Assembly (NCBI GenBank): GCA_905178155.1
Contig: CAJINV010000004.1
Span: 4,071,555-4,135,554 of the forward strand
DNA from: Amoebophrya sp. A120
Taxonomy: Eukaryota > Protista > Dinoflagellata
Length of the DNA: 64,000 bases
Direction: 5' to 3'
Shown here: one piece after another, positions 61,101 to 64,000 of the stretch
Layout of the letters: the number at the start of each line of letters is the position of its first letter
Numbering within the stretch: position 1 is the first letter of the stretch
Notes under the pieces: model-generated
Database searches by the model: none
Told to the model about the DNA's origin: nothing
What the model saw: the letters and a program-made list of their open reading frames with translations, nothing else
Made by a program: the position numbers and the translations under genes

Positions 61101-63542
61101 GGACCAAAAAATGGTGCTGGTCGCACACAGCAATCAGGCCCTGAACGACCTGTTCGACAAGATCTGCAAGTTGGATATTCCAGAACGGTATTTGGTTCGT
61201 CTCGGTCGGGGGATTGAGGAATTGGACAGCGAACGCGATTTCAGCAAGTACGGCCGGATCGACTTTATGTTGAGCCGGCGGATGGAACTACTCGACTTGG
61301 TCGGGAAACTTGCGAGATCTCTAGGTTTAGACGCAGACCACACGAGTTACAGTTGTGAGACCGCGAAGTTTTTCTTTCTGCAGCACGTGCAGAGGGCGTG
61401 GGAGCTGTTTGTGGAGAAGGTGCAGATTGCGGGAAAGAAGGGCGAGAACTTGTACAAGGTAGTTGACTATTTGGACGAATATAGGCAGAAGTTCCGGGAG
61501 GCGCAAAAAAAGAATCCGGAACTGTTTAAGAATGCGGAGGAAGAAAACGACGAGCCAAATGAGGAGCAGCTGGGCGAGCCGAAGAAGAAAAAGCGGAAGA
61601 AAAACAAGAAGAATAAGGACGACATGGTCGGAAAGCCGGATTTTTTGATCCCGGACAACGCCCAGAAGAGCGATGAGGAGATCGAGAAGTTGAACAAAGA
61701 GTACGCTCAAAAGTTGCTCGAAAAGCACAACAACAGCGTCGTTGCGGCTCTGTTCCCGTTTTCAGACTTTTTCGACGACGTCGGACGGCCGTTGTTCCAG
61801 AACAACGACTACGCAAAGGATTTTGACGAGGCCGAGGGCTGTTTCGCGTTTTTCCAAAACCTGTGGAAGGAGATCGGGGAGTGTTTACCGTTCGAGATGC
61901 TCCGAACCGGGACGGACCGGGGCAACTACTTGGTCACCACACACGCGCGGATCATCGCCATGACCTGTACGCACGCGGCGTTGACGAGGGCAAACTTGGT
62001 GAAGATGAACTTCCAGTACGACAACTTGATTATGGAGGAGTCCGCACAGATTCTGGAAGTGGAGACGTTGATCCCCATGTTGCTGCAGAAGGCGGATGTG
62101 GCCGGAGAATCCAGGCTGAAACGCGTCGTGCTGATTGGGGATCACCACCAGCTGCCGCCGGTCGTGAAAAACCGAGCGTTTGAACGATACGGACACTTGG
62201 ATCAGAGCCTGTTCACCAGGTACAGAAGTCTTGATGTTGTTGCACTTTGTACGAGGAGTACCGCCTAGTACAGTATGCTGATAAAGATCTAGCTCTAGGA
62301 TCGTTGTAATTGTGAGTCATGCAACGTGAAGACGATACGTAGACAAACCGCGATTTTAGAAAACGCAAGTGATGAGAAAAATATTCGAAAATACAACAAC
62401 ACCCTCAGGTTCATCCGCCTCAACGTCCCCCACGTGATGCTGGACGCCCAGGGTCGTGCGCGACCCAGCATTGCGTCACTATACAACTGGAAATACGACA
62501 ACATGCGAAATCTGCCCAACGTGCAGAAAAAAATCGACTACCGATTGGCGAACACGGGCTTGGTTTATGACTACCAGTTCATCAACGTACCGGACTACAA
62601 CGGGACAGGTATGGGGTTTGGGATGTTAAGGATCATTTTCTTGGCATTTTTTTTGATTCATAGAGACCGAAGAAAGTGAATTTAGAAATGCTGTTCAAGT
62701 TCAGTATCTCAAGAACTTTTTACTCAAACCGAATATCAAAAACTTCAACTTTCATCAAACTCAGGTGAAACCTCCCCGATGCCGTACTACTTCCAAAACG
62801 AGGGTGAAGCGGAGTTTGCAGTAGCTATGTTCATGTTCATGCGACTTCTCGGTTACCCCGCCGGCTCCATCTCCATCCTGACGACCTACAACGGGCAGAA
62901 AGCGCTCATACGAGACGTACTATTTTTGTTTTGTTCGCTATTTTCTAGTACTTCACCGTTGGAACAACCCCAAGAACCCGCTGCAATTCTTCGTGGCTCG
63001 AAAAATGTGCACCATCAACTCTCATATATCAAATCGAAACCCCACTACAGGTTATCCAGAAGCGTTGCGCTTGGAACCCTCTGTACGGGTGGCCGAAGCA
63101 GGTGACGACCGTCGATAAGTACCAGGGTCAGCAGAACGAGTACATTATCCTTTCCCTCGTTCGCACGGAGAAAGTTGGTCACTTGCGCGACGTCCGCCGT
63201 CTCATCGTGGCCATGAGTCGTTCCAAGTTGGGACTCTACGTGATCGGCAGGTTTGCGAATTTCAACCAGTGCTACGAGCTCCAACCGGTTCTGAAGTACT
63301 TCAAAAAGCGACCCTTTTCCCTGGCTCTGTACAAGGACTACAAGACGGAATTCTGGCCGTGCGAACGGTTTCTGGACACGAGTGACGCGTACGCGGAGAA
63401 GAATTCCCGGTTGGTCGCGAGCGGAATTGAGGAGATGTGGAAGATTCTGGGCGAAATGCAGGAACAAAAGGCGAAGGAACTCGGGCTGATCACGAACGAC
63501 GCGAATCTACCGCACATGCAGGAACCGCAGGACGAGGAGTGA
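55180..63542 (+). CDS. AQR: RNA helicase Aquarius / intron-binding protein 160 (~2150 aa)
   Basis: Signature motifs [100 protein letters not shown]. GT-AG introns 58708-58829, 59754-59970, 62220-62408, 62609-62764, 62917-63050 plus four TIR elements; spliced length 6471 nt. Confidence 0.96.
56503..56810. mobile_element. Introner-like MITE, family A (reverse orientation relative to 283 and 47536)
   Basis: TIR TATGGGAGTGTCAGGATTGAAATC/GATTTCAATCCTGAGGGTTCCATA; TSD AGAAG; removing 313 nt gives VAEK-HLQIK. Confidence 0.95.
56873..57152. mobile_element. Introner-like MITE, family B (reverse orientation relative to 2965)
   Basis: TIR TATCATGAGTAAAAACGTACCCACACCA/TGGTGTGGGTACGTTTTTACGCAGGATA; TSD TACAC; removing 285 nt gives TQVH-ARDFMAK. 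Confidence 0.94.
57459..57710. mobile_element. Introner-like MITE, family E
   Basis: TIR TATCAAATGCAAATATGTCTGGGTCTGGAAGA/TCTTCCAGATCCAAACATATTTGCAGTTCATA; TSD CTGGA; removing 257 nt joins ORF 57170 to ORF 57535. Confidence 0.95.
59221..59434. mobile_element. Introner-like MITE, family G
   Basis: TIR TATCCAAGAAAAAAA/TTTTTTTCTTGGATA; TSD AGATA; removing 219 nt rebuilds the conserved AQR stretch LPLFPAED-IVWDKHLVP. Confidence 0.94.
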
Positions 63543-64000
63543 GGAAGGGAGGAAATTGTAAAGCTGTAGCGGATCATTTGTGCGGGAATCATGCTGCTCT
63601 ACCAAAAGTCACAGTGAATTCCAAGAAACAAAAATAAAAATTCTTAAACAAGTATCACAATTCATTATCTAGATCTACGTTGCTATTTCTCTTCAGTGTG
63701 AAGAGAAGCAGTATTGTGTATTGGACTTAAGTAGTTTGTCGACTCTGACGGGTTTAGCGTCAAGTTATGAAAAGCCAAGCGAAAACGAAAGGTCAGGAGG
63801 GTGTGCGTGAAATAAAAAACGCCAGCCAGTCTTGCTCTTCTTCATCGTGTTCGTCGGCATGAATGAAAACGAGAAGAATTTGAAATAACGAGTTGCAAAG
63901 AGGGACGTGGCGCCTTCGCGTACAGCCGTTGATATATCATTGTGTGAGGGAGGACTTCTGGAAGCTAATCCCGCTACCAGAAAGATTGATCGGCCCCGGT

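Noticed and set aside
283-63542. Interrupted genes as TE-killed pseudogenes, or the junctions as reverse-transcriptase template-switch artefacts
   Set aside because: Frames are otherwise intact over thousands of codons, AQR motifs are fully conserved, and old decayed elements still preserve frame. The conclusion comes from genomic sequence rather than cDNA.
1-64000. Relict dinoflagellate spliced-leader (CCGTAGCCATTTTGGCTCAAG), tRNA or rRNA genes
   Set aside because: None recognised by eye; a covariance-model search was not possible.

Overview
Eukaryotic, alveolate-type genomic DNA, most consistent with the parasitic dinoflagellate Amoebophrya (Syndiniales); this is inferred from gene content and intron architecture, not from a database hit. 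Eleven protein genes can be modelled, all on the + strand. They include the spliceosomal helicase Aquarius (AQR/IBP160), a CKK-domain CAMSAP/Patronin-like protein, a WDR60/DYNC2I1-like dynein-2 intermediate chain, two large PAN/apple-domain proteins and several intronless, probably secreted proteins. The dominant signal is 25 MITE-like insertions (112-328 bp) inside coding exons. They fall into 7 multi-copy families plus 2 singletons. Nearly all are bounded by TAT...ATA terminal inverted repeats (TIRs) and a 5-bp target-site duplication (TSD). Removing the element plus one TSD copy restores the reading frame in all 25 cases, and no junction position gives GT-AG. Five families occur in both orientations in + strand genes, three of them in both orientations within one gene. 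Otherwise unrelated families share a repeated internal TTGTCATGC/GCATGACAA motif. Non-canonical introner elements are already reported for Amoebophrya; the orientation independence, shared motif and TSD behaviour point to a strand-symmetric, structure- or protein-guided excision system. A separate 1.6-kb TIR-bounded, hairpin-rich element lies at 39194-40798.
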